A DNA stretch of 47,680 bases from positions 1 through 47,680 of the forward strand of contig JBEKAM010000001.1 in the NCBI GenBank assembly GCA_050015915.1, given 5' to 3'. A program made the position numbers and the translations under genes. Below the pieces are notes generated by a model, which did no database searches, was not told the origin of the DNA, and saw nothing but the letters and a program-made list of their open reading frames with translations. This document shows, one piece after another, positions 18,199-29,097 of this stretch; the first letter of the stretch is position 1, and each line of letters begins with the position of its first letter. This DNA comes from Solirubrobacteraceae bacterium (GTDB lineage: Bacteria > Actinomycetota > Thermoleophilia > Solirubrobacterales > Solirubrobacteraceae).

Positions 18199-19986
18199 CT
18201 AGCCCTCGTCGGGCGCCTTCGGCAGCGGAATCGGAGCCAGCCCGGGCAGAGGCGGGTGCGGCTGTGCCGCCGCAACCACACGCAGCCCCACACCCGGCGC
18301 GCGCTCCATCCGCGGCACCCCCTTCATCACCCTGTCGATCGCGTCGCGCTCCAGCACCTCGTGCTCGAGCAGCTCCTGCGCCAGCTCCTCCAGCTGGGGT
18401 CGGTGCGCGACGATCAGCTTCTGCGCCGCCCTACGCGCCTCCTCGATCAGATCCTGGCGCTCCTCGTCGCGCAGCCGCAGCGTCTGCTCCGACAGCTGCA
18501 CGTCGCCATCGGGCGAGCGTCCCACGCCGGCGGTGCCCATCGCGAACTCGTGCACCATCGAGTGGGAGATGTCGGCCACGCGCTTGAGGTCATCCGAGGC
18601 GCCGGTGGTGATCGCGCCGAAAACGATCTGCTCAGCAGCACGACCTCCGAGCAGGACGGTCATGTAGTCGAGCAGCTCCTCGCGCGTCTTCAGATAACGA
18701 TCCTCCGCCGGCAGGTTCATCGTGTAGCCAAGCGCGCGTCCGCGCGGCACGATCGAGATCTTGTGCACGCGGTCGACCGACGGCAACAGCTCGCCACACA
18801 ATGCGTGCCCGGCCTCGTGGTAGGCCACCACCCGCCGCTCGTGGGCGTTGAGCACACGTTTGGACTGAACGCCCGCGATCACCCGCTCGAGCGCCGCGTC
18901 GAAGTCCTCGTGACCGATCCTCTCGGCGCCGCGCCTGGTCGCGAAGATCGCCGCCTCGTTGCAGATATTCGCCAGGTCCGCCCCCGTCAACCCGCTCGTC
19001 TGCTGCGCCACCAACCCCAGATCGACATCGCCCATCGGCTTCGTGCGCGTGTGCACCTGCAGCACACCCAGGCGGCCTTTCACGTCTGGCGGCACCACGA
19101 ACACCTGCCGGTCAAAGCGTCCCGGGCGCAGCAGCGCGGGGTCGAGCTTGTCCAGCAGGTTCGACGCGGCGATCACAACAACGCGCCCGCTCGAGGAGAA
19201 GCCGTCCATCTCCACCAGCAGCTGGTTGAGCGTCTGGTCCTTCTCGCCGGAGATGTCCATCCCCCGCCGTCCCCCCACAGCGTCGAGCTCGTCGATGAAG
19301 ATGATCGCCGGTTCGTGCTTGCGCGCGATATCGAACAGACGGCGGATCCGCGCAGCGCCGAGACCCGCGAACATCTCCACGAACGACGCCGCCGACTGCG
19401 CGAAGAACTGCGCGCCCGACTCGTTCGCCACCGCCTTCGCCAGCAACGTCTTGCCGGTTCCAGGCGGCCCGTGCAGCAGGATCCCCTTTGGCACCTTCGC
19501 CCCCAGCGCATGGAAGGACTTTGGCTCCCGCAGGAACTCGACGATCTCCTGCAGCTCAGCCTTTGCCTCATCTACCCCCGCGATGTCAGCGAACGTCACC
19601 GACTGACCGGATGATGGCTTGATGCGCTGCGGCTTGACCCGCGGCATCACCTTCAGCATCCGCCACATCATGAAAATCAGCGCACTGAAGAACAGGATCG
19701 CGATTACCGGCTCCCAGTTGAGCGCCTGGTTCTGCAATTCCTGGGTGAACGAGATATGCGGCGCCGCCGACGCGGGCACGGTGCTACGCACGATCGCGGC
19801 GTGCGTCACCGTGCCCACTTTGCCGGCGTGCTTCAGCGCCCCAGACGTAGCGGCGGCGTGCAACGCTTCTTTCTCAGCGGCGCGCACCGCCGCGCCGTTT
19901 ATGGCAGCGCTGTGAGCACTGCCGGCGTGTGCCGGCAGCGCTTCTCCCCCGGTCGAGTGCAGTCCAGCCTTGGCCTGCTTACTCAC
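18199..19986 (-). CDS. ftsH: FtsH-family ATP-dependent zinc metalloprotease
   Basis: TM helix, GPPGTGKT, IFIDELD, LLRPGRFDR, HEAGH, GASDDL. Confidence 0.93.
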   Translation of the reverse strand: MSKQAKAGLHSTGGEALPAHAGSAHSAAINGAAVRAAEKEALHAAATSGALKHAGKVGTVTHAAIVRSTVPASAAPHISFTQELQNQALNWEPVIAILFFSALIFMMWRMLKVMPRVKPQRIKPSSGQSVTFADIAGVDEAKAELQEIVEFLREPKSFHALGAKVPKGILLHGPPGTGKTLLAKAVANESGAQFFAQSAASFVEMFAGLGAARIRRLFDIARKHEPAIIFIDELDAVGGRRGMDISGEKDQTLNQLLVEMDGFSSSGRVVVIAASNLLDKLDPALLRPGRFDRQVFVVPPDVKGRLGVLQVHTRTKPMGDVDLGLVAQQTSGLTGADLANICNEAAIFATRRGAERIGHEDFDAALERVIAGVQSKRVLNAHERRVVAYHEAGHALCGELLPSVDRVHKISIVPRGRALGYTMNLPAEDRYLKTREELLDYMTVLLGGRAAEQIVFGAITTGASDDLKRVADISHSMVHEFAMGTAGVGRSPDGDVQLSEQTLRLRDEERQDLIEEARRAAQKLIVAHRPQLEELAQELLEHEVLERDAIDRVMKGVPRMERAPGVGLRVVAAAQPHPPLPGLAPIPLPKAPDEG

Positions 19987-20074
19987 CTGTCAACCCTCTC
20001 CAGCAAATACACCATCCTTGGCATTACGTCGCATTATGCGCGTTTTTCCCGCGCTTGTCGAGCGCTGGGAATTC

Positions 20075-21412
20075 TCAACCGAGAATGCGTACCGCCACGT
20101 CCCTGAACAGCTCCGCCGCAAACGCCAAGTCGCGCACGTCGATTCGCTCGTCCGCGCCGTGGATCAGCGGCGCGCTCTCCAGCAACGTCTGGTGACGCTG
20201 CGGAAAGAAGCCGTAGGCCACACACTCGGGGAACGCCAGGCGGAAATGGCGGGAGTCGGTGAAGCCCGGAAGCACCACCGGCACGGCCTGCGCGCCGGGA
20301 TCGCGCTCGGAGATCCACGTGGAGATCGTGTCCATCAGCGACGAAGCCACCGGCGATCGATTGCCCACCACGCGCTCGGTGAACTCGATGCTCCAGGTGT
20401 TGTTTTCCGCACCAAGCACCTCAGCGATGCCCGCCCGCACCTCCTCCTCGCCCAATCCCGGAGGCACGCGGCAATCAACTTTCAACTCCGCGCGACTGGG
20501 AATCACGTTGATCTTCTCCGACGCGCTGATCCGCGTGGGCGTAAACGTAACCCCCAGCATCGGACCGAACATGATTGCCAAGCGCGGGTCAACTGCCTGC
20601 AGGCGCTCGAGCGAGCCCTGGGGGTCGTCGGGGTCCTCGCCGATCCCGCGCAGGAACGCCAGCGGCTCATCTGTCAGCTGAAACGAGGGCTGACGCGCTG
20701 CGAAGCGCTCGAGCACCGGCCCCATCTTCAACAGCGCGTTATCGCCCATCCCTGGCATCGAAGCGTGGCCTGCCACCCCGGAGGTCGACAGCGTGAAGCG
20801 GAAAACGCCCTTCTCCGCGCAACACACGCCGTAGCGGCGCGCCCCTCCATATTCGAACACCGCGCCGCCGCCCTCGTTCAGCAGCATGTCGCAGCGCACC
20901 TTCTCCGGGTAGTTCTTGGTGATCCATTCAGCCCCCAGCGAGCCACCCGTCTCCTCATCGACGACCGCCACGATCAACAACTCGCCACTCGTCGGGCGCC
21001 AGCCCGAGCGTGCCAACGACGCCGCCGCGGCGATCTCCGCCGCGACCTGAGACTTCATGTCAAGCGCTCCCCTGCCCCACAGGAAACCGTCGGCGATCTC
21101 ACCGGACCACGGGTCGTGCGTCCAGGCGGCTGGGTCCGCCAGCACCGTGTCCACGTGGCCCAGGTAGCAGAGCGTCGGACCCGCGGGTGCATCCGCGTCA
21201 GTGGGACGGAGCCTTGCCACGAGGTTCGGCCGCTCGGGCTCGGCACCCAGTAGCTCACATTCGAAGCCAGCCTCGGTCAGGTGCGCCGCGAGATACTCCT
21301 GCGCCGCACGCTCGTTGCCCGGCGGGTTGACCGTGTTAAAGCGAATCAGGCTCGCCAGCAGCTCCTCAGCCTCCGCGCCCAATCCATCGCTCTGTGATCC
21401 GTTCGTGGTCAT
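20075..21412 (-). CDS. M20/M25/M40 family metallopeptidase
   Basis: [26 protein letters not shown]; ATG 21412 overlaps the oppF stop. Confidence 0.92.
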   Translation of the reverse strand: MTTNGSQSDGLGAEAEELLASLIRFNTVNPPGNERAAQEYLAAHLTEAGFECELLGAEPERPNLVARLRPTDADAPAGPTLCYLGHVDTVLADPAAWTHDPWSGEIADGFLWGRGALDMKSQVAAEIAAAASLARSGWRPTSGELLIVAVVDEETGGSLGAEWITKNYPEKVRCDMLLNEGGGAVFEYGGARRYGVCCAEKGVFRFTLSTSGVAGHASMPGMGDNALLKMGPVLERFAARQPSFQLTDEPLAFLRGIGEDPDDPQGSLERLQAVDPRLAIMFGPMLGVTFTPTRISASEKINVIPSRAELKVDCRVPPGLGEEEVRAGIAEVLGAENNTWSIEFTERVVGNRSPVASSLMDTISTWISERDPGAQAVPVVLPGFTDSRHFRLAFPECVAYGFFPQRHQTLLESAPLIHGADERIDVRDLAFAAELFRDVAVRILG

Positions 21413-22515
21413 CCGCCAGATCGTACGCCGATCTGCGCGACCTCCTCGCGTGTCAGCGGGAAGTGGCATGCAACGCGTGTGCCCGAGCCCTTGTCCTCCA
21501 ACGGTGGCTCCTGCTGAGAGCAGATCTCCTGCGCCTTGGGGCAGCGGGTGTGGAAGCGACACGCGCTCGGCGGGTTGGCCGGACTCGGCACGTCGCCGCC
21601 GAGGATCGTCCGCTGCTCGCCGTGGCGGCTCGGATCAGCGTGCGGCACTGCCGCCAGCAGCGCACCCGTGTAGGGGTGGCGGGGGAAGCTGTAGAGCTCA
21701 TCACCACCGCCAATCTCAACGATCTTGCCGAGATACATCACCGCCACGCGGTCGCACATGTGGCGCACAACTGAGAGGTCGTGGGCGATGAACACGATCG
21801 TCAGGCCAAACCGCCGCTGCAGGTCGCGCAGCAGGTTCAGGACCTGCGCCTGGATCGAGACATCGAGCGCCGACACCGGCTCGTCGGCGATCAGCAGCTT
21901 CGGCTGTAGCGCCAGTGCCCTGGCCACACCGATGCGCTGGCGCTGCCCGCCTGAGAACTCGTGCGGGTAGCGGTTGTAGTGCTCGGGGTTCAGTCCCACC
22001 GTCTCCATCAACCGCTGTACCTCGCGCTTACGCTCGCCCTTGTCCGGCAGCAGCCCATGGATGGCGAACGGCTCGCCGATGATCGAACCGATCGTCTTGC
22101 GCGGGTTCAGCGACGAGTACGGGTCCTGGAAAATCATCTGCACCTCGCGGCGAATCGCCTTCAGGCGAGCTCCCTTCAAGCGCGTGATGTCCTGACCGTC
22201 GAAGTCGATCTCCCCCGAGGTCGCGTCGAGCAGGCGCGTGATAAGCCGCGCGGTCGTGCTCTTGCCACAGCCCGTCTCGCCGACGAGGCCCAGGGTCTCT
22301 CCGCGTTTGATCTCAAAGCTCACGTTGTCGACGGCCTGCACCGCACCCACCTTGCGCTGGACGATGATGCCCCGCGTGATCGGGAAATGCTTCACGAGAT
22401 CGCGCACACGCACGAGCGGGCCGTCCCCGGCGGGGGTCGGCGTTGCCGGCGCCACGGATGGTGAATCCCCAGCTGATTCGCCGAACGCGGAGGATGTGGG
22501 CTCGGCGCCGCTCAC
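21409..22515 (-). CDS. Oligopeptide ABC transporter ATP-binding protein (OppF/DppF)
   Basis: [27 protein letters not shown]. Confidence 0.93.
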   Translation of the reverse strand: MSGAEPTSSAFGESAGDSPSVAPATPTPAGDGPLVRVRDLVKHFPITRGIIVQRKVGAVQAVDNVSFEIKRGETLGLVGETGCGKSTTARLITRLLDATSGEIDFDGQDITRLKGARLKAIRREVQMIFQDPYSSLNPRKTIGSIIGEPFAIHGLLPDKGERKREVQRLMETVGLNPEHYNRYPHEFSGGQRQRIGVARALALQPKLLIADEPVSALDVSIQAQVLNLLRDLQRRFGLTIVFIAHDLSVVRHMCDRVAVMYLGKIVEIGGGDELYSFPRHPYTGALLAAVPHADPSRHGEQRTILGGDVPSPANPPSACRFHTRCPKAQEICSQQEPPLEDKGSGTRVACHFPLTREEVAQIGVRSGG

Positions 22516-23582
22516 GTTGCGGGGTCTCCCGAGCCGACTGACGCGAGCGCTTCCTCGGGGGTGTTGCCCTCACGCAACTTTGCCCACAGGCTCCTGCGCA
22601 CCTCGGACTCGAGCAGACAGGCGACGTGGTGCTCGGGTTCGTCGGGCACCGGCTCCAGTGCAGGGTCGATGCGCTCGTGCTCTGGTTGCAAGTAAGGACA
22701 GCGGGGATGGAAGTGGCAGCCGGAGGGTGGGTTGATGAGACTCGGTGGCGTCCCCGGGATCGGCACGAGCTCCTCCTCGCGCGGAGCATCCAGTCGTGGG
22801 ATCGACTTCAACAGCCCCCACGTGTAGGGATGCTCGGGCGCGGCGAACAGGCGCGTCGCTGACGCCGTCTCGACGATCCGCCCCGCATACATAACGGCAA
22901 TGTCATCGGCCATCTCCGCCACCACCCCGAGGTCGTGGGTGATGATCACGATCGCCATCCCCAGCTCTTGCTGAAGGCGTTCCATCAGCGCCAGGATCTG
23001 CGCCTGCACGGTCACGTCCAAAGCCGTCGTGGGCTCATCCGCAAACAGCAGCTTTGGCTCGTTCGCCAGCGCCATCGCGATCATCACGCGTTGGCGCATC
23101 CCGCCGGAGAACTCGTGCGGGTATTGATCGACACGCCTCGATGGGTCCGGTATGCCGACAAGGCCCAACAGCTCAACCGCGCGCTCCCGCGCCTTGGCCT
23201 TGGAGACGTCACGGTGCGCGCGCACCGCCTCCGTCAACTGACGACCGACCTTGTACAGCGGATGAAGCGACGACAGCGGGTCCTGGAAGACCATCGCGAT
23301 GTCGTTGCCGCGGATCGAGCGCATCTTGTCTTCGGAGAGCGTCAGCAGATCCTGGCCGTCGAACATGATCCGCCCGGAGATCCGCGCACCTTGGCGGCGT
23401 GTGAGGCCCAGCGCGGTCAGCGAGGAGACGGTCTTGCCCGATCCCGACTCGCCGACGATCCCCAGCGTGCGACCAGGGAACACCTGGTAGGTGATCCCAT
23501 CGACCGCGTGCACGACGCCGTCCTCGCTCGGGAATTCGACGCGCAGGTCCTCAACGCGCAGCAACGCCTCGGCGGCGCTCAC
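22512..23582 (-). CDS. Oligopeptide ABC transporter ATP-binding protein (OppD/DppD)
   Basis: [27 protein letters not shown]; GTG 23582 overlaps the permease stop. Confidence 0.93.
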   Translation of the reverse strand: MSAAEALLRVEDLRVEFPSEDGVVHAVDGITYQVFPGRTLGIVGESGSGKTVSSLTALGLTRRQGARISGRIMFDGQDLLTLSEDKMRSIRGNDIAMVFQDPLSSLHPLYKVGRQLTEAVRAHRDVSKAKARERAVELLGLVGIPDPSRRVDQYPHEFSGGMRQRVMIAMALANEPKLLFADEPTTALDVTVQAQILALMERLQQELGMAIVIITHDLGVVAEMADDIAVMYAGRIVETASATRLFAAPEHPYTWGLLKSIPRLDAPREEELVPIPGTPPSLINPPSGCHFHPRCPYLQPEHERIDPALEPVPDEPEHHVACLLESEVRRSLWAKLREGNTPEEALASVGSGDPAT

Positions 23583-24538
23583 GAGTAGCGCACCCTGGGG
23601 TCGAGATAGGCGTAGGCGATGTCGACGACGATGTTCGCGACGATGATGAACGATGACGCGAGCAGCACGGTTCCTTGAATGACCGGGAAGTCCGAGGACT
23701 GAATCGACTGATAGGCGAGCCGCCCGATACCGGGGATGTTGAACACAGCCTCGACCAGGATCGCGCCACCGAGCAGCACGCCAACTTCCAGGCCGAACAG
23801 CGTGACGATCGGGTTGATCGCCGAGCGCACCCCCTGGCGAACCACGGCGCTCTCGCGAAGCCCCTTGGCGCGCGCGGTCCGGATGTAGTCCTCGCGCATC
23901 GTCTCGCTGAGGCTGCTGCGCATCAGCCGCGCGTAGATCGCCGCCGAACCGGCGGCGAGCACGATCCACGGCATGATCAGCGAGGTGAACCATTTCCACG
24001 GATCGCTCGTGAGCCCCACATAGCTACCGGCGCCCGGGAGGATCTTGAATTTGCCGATGTCAGAGGCGAACAGCAGGAGAAACACAAACCCGAGCCAGAA
24101 TTCTGGAACCGAAAGCAGCACCAGAGCCGAGCCCATCGAGAAGCGGTCGAGGAAAGTGTGCCGGCGCAGCGCTGAGATGATCCCAACGCTGAGCCCTCCG
24201 ATGACCCACAGGACGGCCGCACCGATCGTCAGTGACAGGGTGGCCGGCAGGCGTTCGGCAATCAGGCTCTTGACAGACTCCTGGCTGTAGTAGCTGAAGC
24301 CGAGGTTGAAGTGGAAGAAGAATTCCTTCATGTAGTCCCAGAACTGCACGGGCAGGGGTTTGCCGAGCCCGAGGACGGCTTCGATCTCCTTGATCAGCCT
24401 CGGCTGCGGGTCGCGCCCTGCCCGCAGCACCGCCGGGTTCGCGGTCGGGAGGACGCGAAACAGCAGGAACGTCAGCGCACAGACGATCACCAGCACCAGC
24501 ACCCCGATGAGCAGACGACGAATGATGTATCGGATCAT
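23579..24538 (-). CDS. Oligopeptide ABC transporter permease (OppB/DppB)
   Basis: MIRYIIRR, DYIRTARAKGL, YAYLDPRVRY. Confidence 0.93.
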   Translation of the reverse strand: MIRYIIRRLLIGVLVLVIVCALTFLLFRVLPTANPAVLRAGRDPQPRLIKEIEAVLGLGKPLPVQFWDYMKEFFFHFNLGFSYYSQESVKSLIAERLPATLSLTIGAAVLWVIGGLSVGIISALRRHTFLDRFSMGSALVLLSVPEFWLGFVFLLLFASDIGKFKILPGAGSYVGLTSDPWKWFTSLIMPWIVLAAGSAAIYARLMRSSLSETMREDYIRTARAKGLRESAVVRQGVRSAINPIVTLFGLEVGVLLGGAILVEAVFNIPGIGRLAYQSIQSSDFPVIQGTVLLASSFIIVANIVVDIAYAYLDPRVRYS

Positions 24539-24629
24539 CGGCGGTGGTCGCTCATCTGGTGAACGTGGTCCTCGGGTCGGTGGTCGGGAGCTTGCGCGTG
24601 GCGCATGTCAGGGGTTATCAGCGGATGCC

Positions 24630-24667
24630 GGCTGGGTGGGACCCGATGGTCGAGCCCCACCCCAGCC
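24630..24667 (-). terminator. GC-rich hairpin after the substrate-binding protein gene (partial terminator or mRNA stabiliser)
   Basis: GGCTGGGTGGG...CCCACCCCAGCC imperfect inverted repeat 17 nt after the SBP stop. Confidence 0.55.
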
Positions 24668-24684
24668 TGCCTTCTTGAATGCGA

Positions 24685-26511
24685 CTACTTCAGCGAGGTG
24701 TAGTTGTAGTCCCACTCGCCGACATTCCAGATGTCGCCGACACCTTCAACGCCGCTGCCCTCGATGTTCGCCTGCTTGTCCCAGTCGAACGGGATCGCGG
24801 CGGCGTCTTCGACGAGTTCCTTATCGATGTTTGCCCACGCCTTGGCACGAGCTTCCGTGCCGATGACGTTTTCGGCCGCCGCCATCGCTTTGTTGATCTT
24901 CGGCACGTTCGTCTGGCCCCAGTTGACGTTGCTCGTGGGGACGATCGTGGTGCCGTTGAACGTGATGTTGAGCACGGTCTGCGGATCGGGGAAGTCGGCG
25001 ATCCAGCCCACGCTCGGGCATACGGTGATCTCTTCTTTGGGGACGTTGCAGTACTTCGCGTACATCGTCGAGGTTTCCACAAGCGTCAGCTTCACCGGAA
25101 AGCCCAGGTTCTTGAGCGCCTGCTGGACGATCTCCGCCTGCTCTTCGAACGGGTCTCCGGTCGAAGCGACGATCGTGGTCAGTTCATGGCCGGTGTATTT
25201 GCCGGTGGGGTAACCCGCCAGCTTGATGTACTTTTCGGCAATCGCCGTATCGCCTTCGGGATGTTCGTTGAAGTCGAACTGCGGCCCCGTCGGCCCCTTC
25301 AAACCGCCGGCCTGTTCGAAGCCGTTGATCGTCGGGTAGATGAAGTGGGTGGCCACATTGGTCACCAGTGGGCCGCCCTTGACCTTGTCGAGCGCCGTCC
25401 TGTCGAGGCCCGCCCAGAAGGCCTTGCGCAGGTCGATGCTCTTGAACGGCCCGACCTTGTTGTTGACCCCGATGTAGTGGTCGCCGCCGCCGGGTGAGAT
25501 CTCCAGCTGGTTTTTGAACTTTTCGGCCGCGAGCACGATGTCGGGCTGAGCCACCGACGATTCGTTCTGGACGACGTCGGTCCCTTCGAGCACCTGGCGC
25601 CCGATCACGGAGCTCGTCCCGCCGATCTTGACGTCGATTTCGTTCAGGTACGCCGGCCGGTAGTCGGTCTTTGGGTTCCAGTTGGGGTTGCGCACGAGCG
25701 TGGCCGACTTGCCGGGGATGTAGCCGATACCCAGCACCTTGCCTTCGGAGTTGTTCTTGAGCATGTACGGCCCCGTCGCGACCTCATAGTCGACGTAGTT
25801 GGACGGCTTGTTCTTGTCAAATTTTTCGGCGTATTCCTTCGGCACCGCCGCAGTCAGCGGGAGCACCAGCGCGTCAGCGACGATCTGCCCTTTGGGTTCG
25901 GTCAGGTGGAAGACGATCTCGTGCTTGTTCGGCGTTTCGATGCCCTTCATCGGCGCGCCCGTCGTGTCAGTCGGCTCGCCTTCGATCGATTTGAAGTAGG
26001 ACCCGATGTAGGGGTTGGCGACATCCGGGTTGGTGCCGCGCTCGATCGCGTAGGCGACGTCTTCGGAGGTGACTTCGCGGTTCACCGGTGGGCTGAACTT
26101 GATCCCCTGCTTGATGTGAACGGTGACCGTCTTGCCGTCGCTGGAGATTTCCGGCTGGCCTTCCGCCATGTCGGGCGTCGCTTCGGTCGAGTTCGGCTTT
26201 TGCGAGTACAGCGGACGCTGCGTCGCGAACACGACTGCATAGTCGACCGAGAAGTAGGCGATCCCCGGATCGAGGTGTTCGAAGTCGATTTCCTGCAGCA
26301 CCGTCAGCGTCCCGCCGGTCTTGCCGGTCTCCGGCTCGGTCAGCGGGCTTTTGTAGCCGCCCGTGCTGAGCGCGGCGCTTGCACTTGTGGAACTGCTGCT
26401 CGAGCCGGTGCTAGTCGAGCTACTGCTCGAGTTGCTGGACCCGCACGCAGCCAGCAGCAGTGCGAGCCCGGCCACGAGCCCTGCGGCCGCGACCGATCTA
26501 ATCGACTTCAT
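24685..26511 (-). CDS. Oligopeptide ABC transporter substrate-binding lipoprotein (family 5)
   Basis: AGGAGG RBS, LAAC lipobox, LDPG, ATGPY, RNPNW. Confidence 0.93.
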   Translation of the reverse strand: MKSIRSVAAAGLVAGLALLLAACGSSNSSSSSTSTGSSSSSTSASAALSTGGYKSPLTEPETGKTGGTLTVLQEIDFEHLDPGIAYFSVDYAVVFATQRPLYSQKPNSTEATPDMAEGQPEISSDGKTVTVHIKQGIKFSPPVNREVTSEDVAYAIERGTNPDVANPYIGSYFKSIEGEPTDTTGAPMKGIETPNKHEIVFHLTEPKGQIVADALVLPLTAAVPKEYAEKFDKNKPSNYVDYEVATGPYMLKNNSEGKVLGIGYIPGKSATLVRNPNWNPKTDYRPAYLNEIDVKIGGTSSVIGRQVLEGTDVVQNESSVAQPDIVLAAEKFKNQLEISPGGGDHYIGVNNKVGPFKSIDLRKAFWAGLDRTALDKVKGGPLVTNVATHFIYPTINGFEQAGGLKGPTGPQFDFNEHPEGDTAIAEKYIKLAGYPTGKYTGHELTTIVASTGDPFEEQAEIVQQALKNLGFPVKLTLVETSTMYAKYCNVPKEEITVCPSVGWIADFPDPQTVLNITFNGTTIVPTSNVNWGQTNVPKINKAMAAAENVIGTEARAKAWANIDKELVEDAAAIPFDWDKQANIEGSGVEGVGDIWNVGEWDYNYTSLK

Positions 26512-26544
26512 CAAGACGCCTCCTATGTTGTGAACCAATCGCCC

Positions 26545-27522
26545 TCATTGGGCGTTCCTCGGGTTCAGGGCGTCCTGCAGCCCGTCGCCCAACAGGTTGA
26601 ATGCCAGCACCGTCAGCAGCAGCGCAAGGCCCGGGAAGACCATGAACCACCACGCGGTGTTGAAGATCGGTGCCGCCTGGGCGATCATCGCGCCCCAGCT
26701 CGGCGTCGGCGGGCGGATGCCGACGCCGAGGAACGAGAGCGCCGCCTCAAACAGGATGTTGGTGGGGATCAGCAGGCTCGAGTAGACGATGAGCGGCGCA
26801 GCCAGGTTGGGGAGGATCTCGCGGAACATAATCCTCGCGTCGGAGGCGCCCAGCGCGCGTGAGGCTTCGACGAACTCGCGCTCGCGCATCGACAGCACGA
26901 GCCCACGCACGATCCTCGCGATATAGGGCCACGTCGCCAGGCAGATGATGAAGATGATCAACCCCAGCCCTGGCTGGATCAGCCCTTTTACGCACCCGCG
27001 CACCGCGCACGCGGAGGCGACGCCGAGCCCCAGCAGCAGGATCGGGATCGACAGCACGACGTCCATGAACCGAGAGAGGAGCGTGTCGACCAAGCCCCGG
27101 TAGAAGCCGGCGAGCATACCCACGACAACGCCGATCACGGTCGAGATCCCGGTGCCGATCACCCCCACCTCCAGCGAGACACGGGTGCCGTAGATCACCC
27201 GCGACATCACGTCCTCGCCGAGCTGATCGACGCCGAACGGGTGGGCACCGGTGGGCCCGAGAGGCGAGCCGAAGGAGTTGGTCAGGTTGAGGTTCTGGAC
27301 ATCGGGGCCCGGGAGGCCGAGGATGCTGACGACCAGCGGCGCGGCAACCGCGATGACAACCAGGAAGACGATGAAGCCAAGCGATACGAGCGCCACGCGA
27401 TCCTGACGGAACCTGCGCCAGAAAAGCTGTAGCGGGGAGCGCGCGGCGATGTCGCCGCCCACATCCAGGAATTCGAGCGATCCCCCTCCCGTTGGCAGTA
27501 CCTCAGTCGCCCCGGCACTCAT
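26545..27522 (-). CDS. Oligopeptide ABC transporter permease (OppC/DppC)
   Basis: HPFGVD, EFVEASRALGAS, NLLGDGLQDALNP. Confidence 0.93.
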   Translation of the reverse strand: MSAGATEVLPTGGGSLEFLDVGGDIAARSPLQLFWRRFRQDRVALVSLGFIVFLVVIAVAAPLVVSILGLPGPDVQNLNLTNSFGSPLGPTGAHPFGVDQLGEDVMSRVIYGTRVSLEVGVIGTGISTVIGVVVGMLAGFYRGLVDTLLSRFMDVVLSIPILLLGLGVASACAVRGCVKGLIQPGLGLIIFIICLATWPYIARIVRGLVLSMREREFVEASRALGASDARIMFREILPNLAAPLIVYSSLLIPTNILFEAALSFLGVGIRPPTPSWGAMIAQAAPIFNTAWWFMVFPGLALLLTVLAFNLLGDGLQDALNPRNAQ

Positions 27523-27579
27523 CTCGGGACTCTCTGCTGCTGCGGATGTGGGGGTGTTTGGACGTTGACAAGCAATCTA

Positions 27580-27601
27580 CAACTTTCGCATGCAACTTTC
27601 G
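27580..27601. promoter_or_regulatory. Direct repeat CAACTTTCG x2 in the divergent opp/rarA promoter region
   Basis: Exact 9-mer at 27580-27588 and 27593-27601, beside a minus-strand TAGATT -10 (27574-27579). Confidence 0.4.
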
Positions 27602-27667
27602 ACACGAGCCATGTGCAAACCTGCCGTCTGGCAGGCCCTCGAGGCACCAGGAGCAATACTCGCTTAC

Positions 27668-29086
27668 ATGGATACCCTTTTTGATGAGGATCCGGACGCC
27701 GATCTGGCCAAAGTTTCGGCACTTGATATGGCCAAACGTCGTATTCCAGACGATCAAGTGTTACAGAGCTTGCCACTGGCAGCTCGCGCCCGTCCCCGGA
27801 GCCTCGAGGGGTTCGTCGGCCAGTCGCATCTACTCGGTCCGGGCTCTGCGCTGCGCACCGCAATCGAGCACGGACATCCCCACTCGATGCTGCTCTACGG
27901 CCCCCCGGGCTCGGGCAAGACGACCCTCGCGCGGATCGTCGCCGAGCGCTCGCAGGCGGCCTTTGAGGAGCTCAGCGCGGTGGCCGCCGGTCGCGCGGAG
28001 GTGCGCGCGGTGATCGAGCGCGCCGCGCACCGCCGCGACACCAGTGGCACGCAGACGGTGCTGTTCCTCGATGAGATCCACCGCTTCAACAAGGCCCAGC
28101 AGGATGCACTGCTGCCGGCGGTGGAGGAAGGCCTTTTGACGCTGATCGGCGCAACCACCGAGAACCCTGCGTTCGAGGTCAACGGTGCGCTGCTCTCGCG
28201 CGTGCGCGTGTATGCGCTGCAGGCGCTCACCGCCGAGGAGGTTGCACTGCTCGTGCGCCGCGCCGCCGCCGGCACCCAGGCAGGCGACGCACCAGCGGCC
28301 ACCGGCACACGCTCCGATGACACATCCGCGGCGGCAGGTGGAGGAGCGCTTGCGGTGGATGAGAACGCGATCGAGTTTCTCGCCACACGCAGCGAAGGCG
28401 ACGCGCGCACCGCGCTCAACGCGCTCGAGCTGGCCGCCGTGACCGCCCGCGAGCTGGGCGAGGAGCACGTGACGCTCGCCCGCATCGAGGACGCGCTACA
28501 GCGGCGCGCGGTCCTCTACGACAAAAAGGGCGACCGTCACTACGACTACATCTCCGCGTGGATCAAGGCCACCCGCGGCTCCGACCCCGACGCGTCGCTG
28601 TACTACCTGGCGGTCATGCTCGAGGGCGGCGAGGACGCCCGCTTCATCGTGCGGAGGATGATCATCCTCGCCTCCGAGGACATCGGTAACGCCGACCCCG
28701 CGGCGCTGTCGGTGGCCACCGCCGCCGCCCAGGCGGTAGAGCATGTGGGCCTGCCGGAGGCACGTTACGCGCTCGCGCAGGCGGCCATCTATCTATCGCT
28801 CGCGCCCAAGTCCAACGCCGCCGGGCTGGCGCTGTCCGCGGCCGAGCGCCACGTGCGCGAACACGGCGCAGCACCGGTCCCCGGATGGCTCAGGTCCGGG
28901 CCACGACCCGGCCAGGACCGCGGCGGATACGACAATCCCCACGGACATCCCGGGCATCTTGGTCCTCAGGAGCTCCTGCCAGAGGAGCTCGCAGGCGAGC
29001 GCTTTTACGAGCCAGACGACGCCGAGGCTGAGCTGGCAGCGCGCCTGCAGAAGATTCGCCAGGCACGCGGCTCCGAGAGGCGATAA
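27668..29086 (+). CDS. rarA: Replication-associated recombination protein A (RarA/MgsA)
   Basis: [45 protein letters not shown]. Confidence 0.95.
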   Translation: MDTLFDEDPDADLAKVSALDMAKRRIPDDQVLQSLPLAARARPRSLEGFVGQSHLLGPGSALRTAIEHGHPHSMLLYGPPGSGKTTLARIVAERSQAAFEELSAVAAGRAEVRAVIERAAHRRDTSGTQTVLFLDEIHRFNKAQQDALLPAVEEGLLTLIGATTENPAFEVNGALLSRVRVYALQALTAEEVALLVRRAAAGTQAGDAPAATGTRSDDTSAAAGGGALAVDENAIEFLATRSEGDARTALNALELAAVTARELGEEHVTLARIEDALQRRAVLYDKKGDRHYDYISAWIKATRGSDPDASLYYLAVMLEGGEDARFIVRRMIILASEDIGNADPAALSVATAAAQAVEHVGLPEARYALAQAAIYLSLAPKSNAAGLALSAAERHVREHGAAPVPGWLRSGPRPGQDRGGYDNPHGHPGHLGPQELLPEELAGERFYEPDDAEAELAARLQKIRQARGSERR

Positions 29087-29097
29087 TCGGCCGTGCA

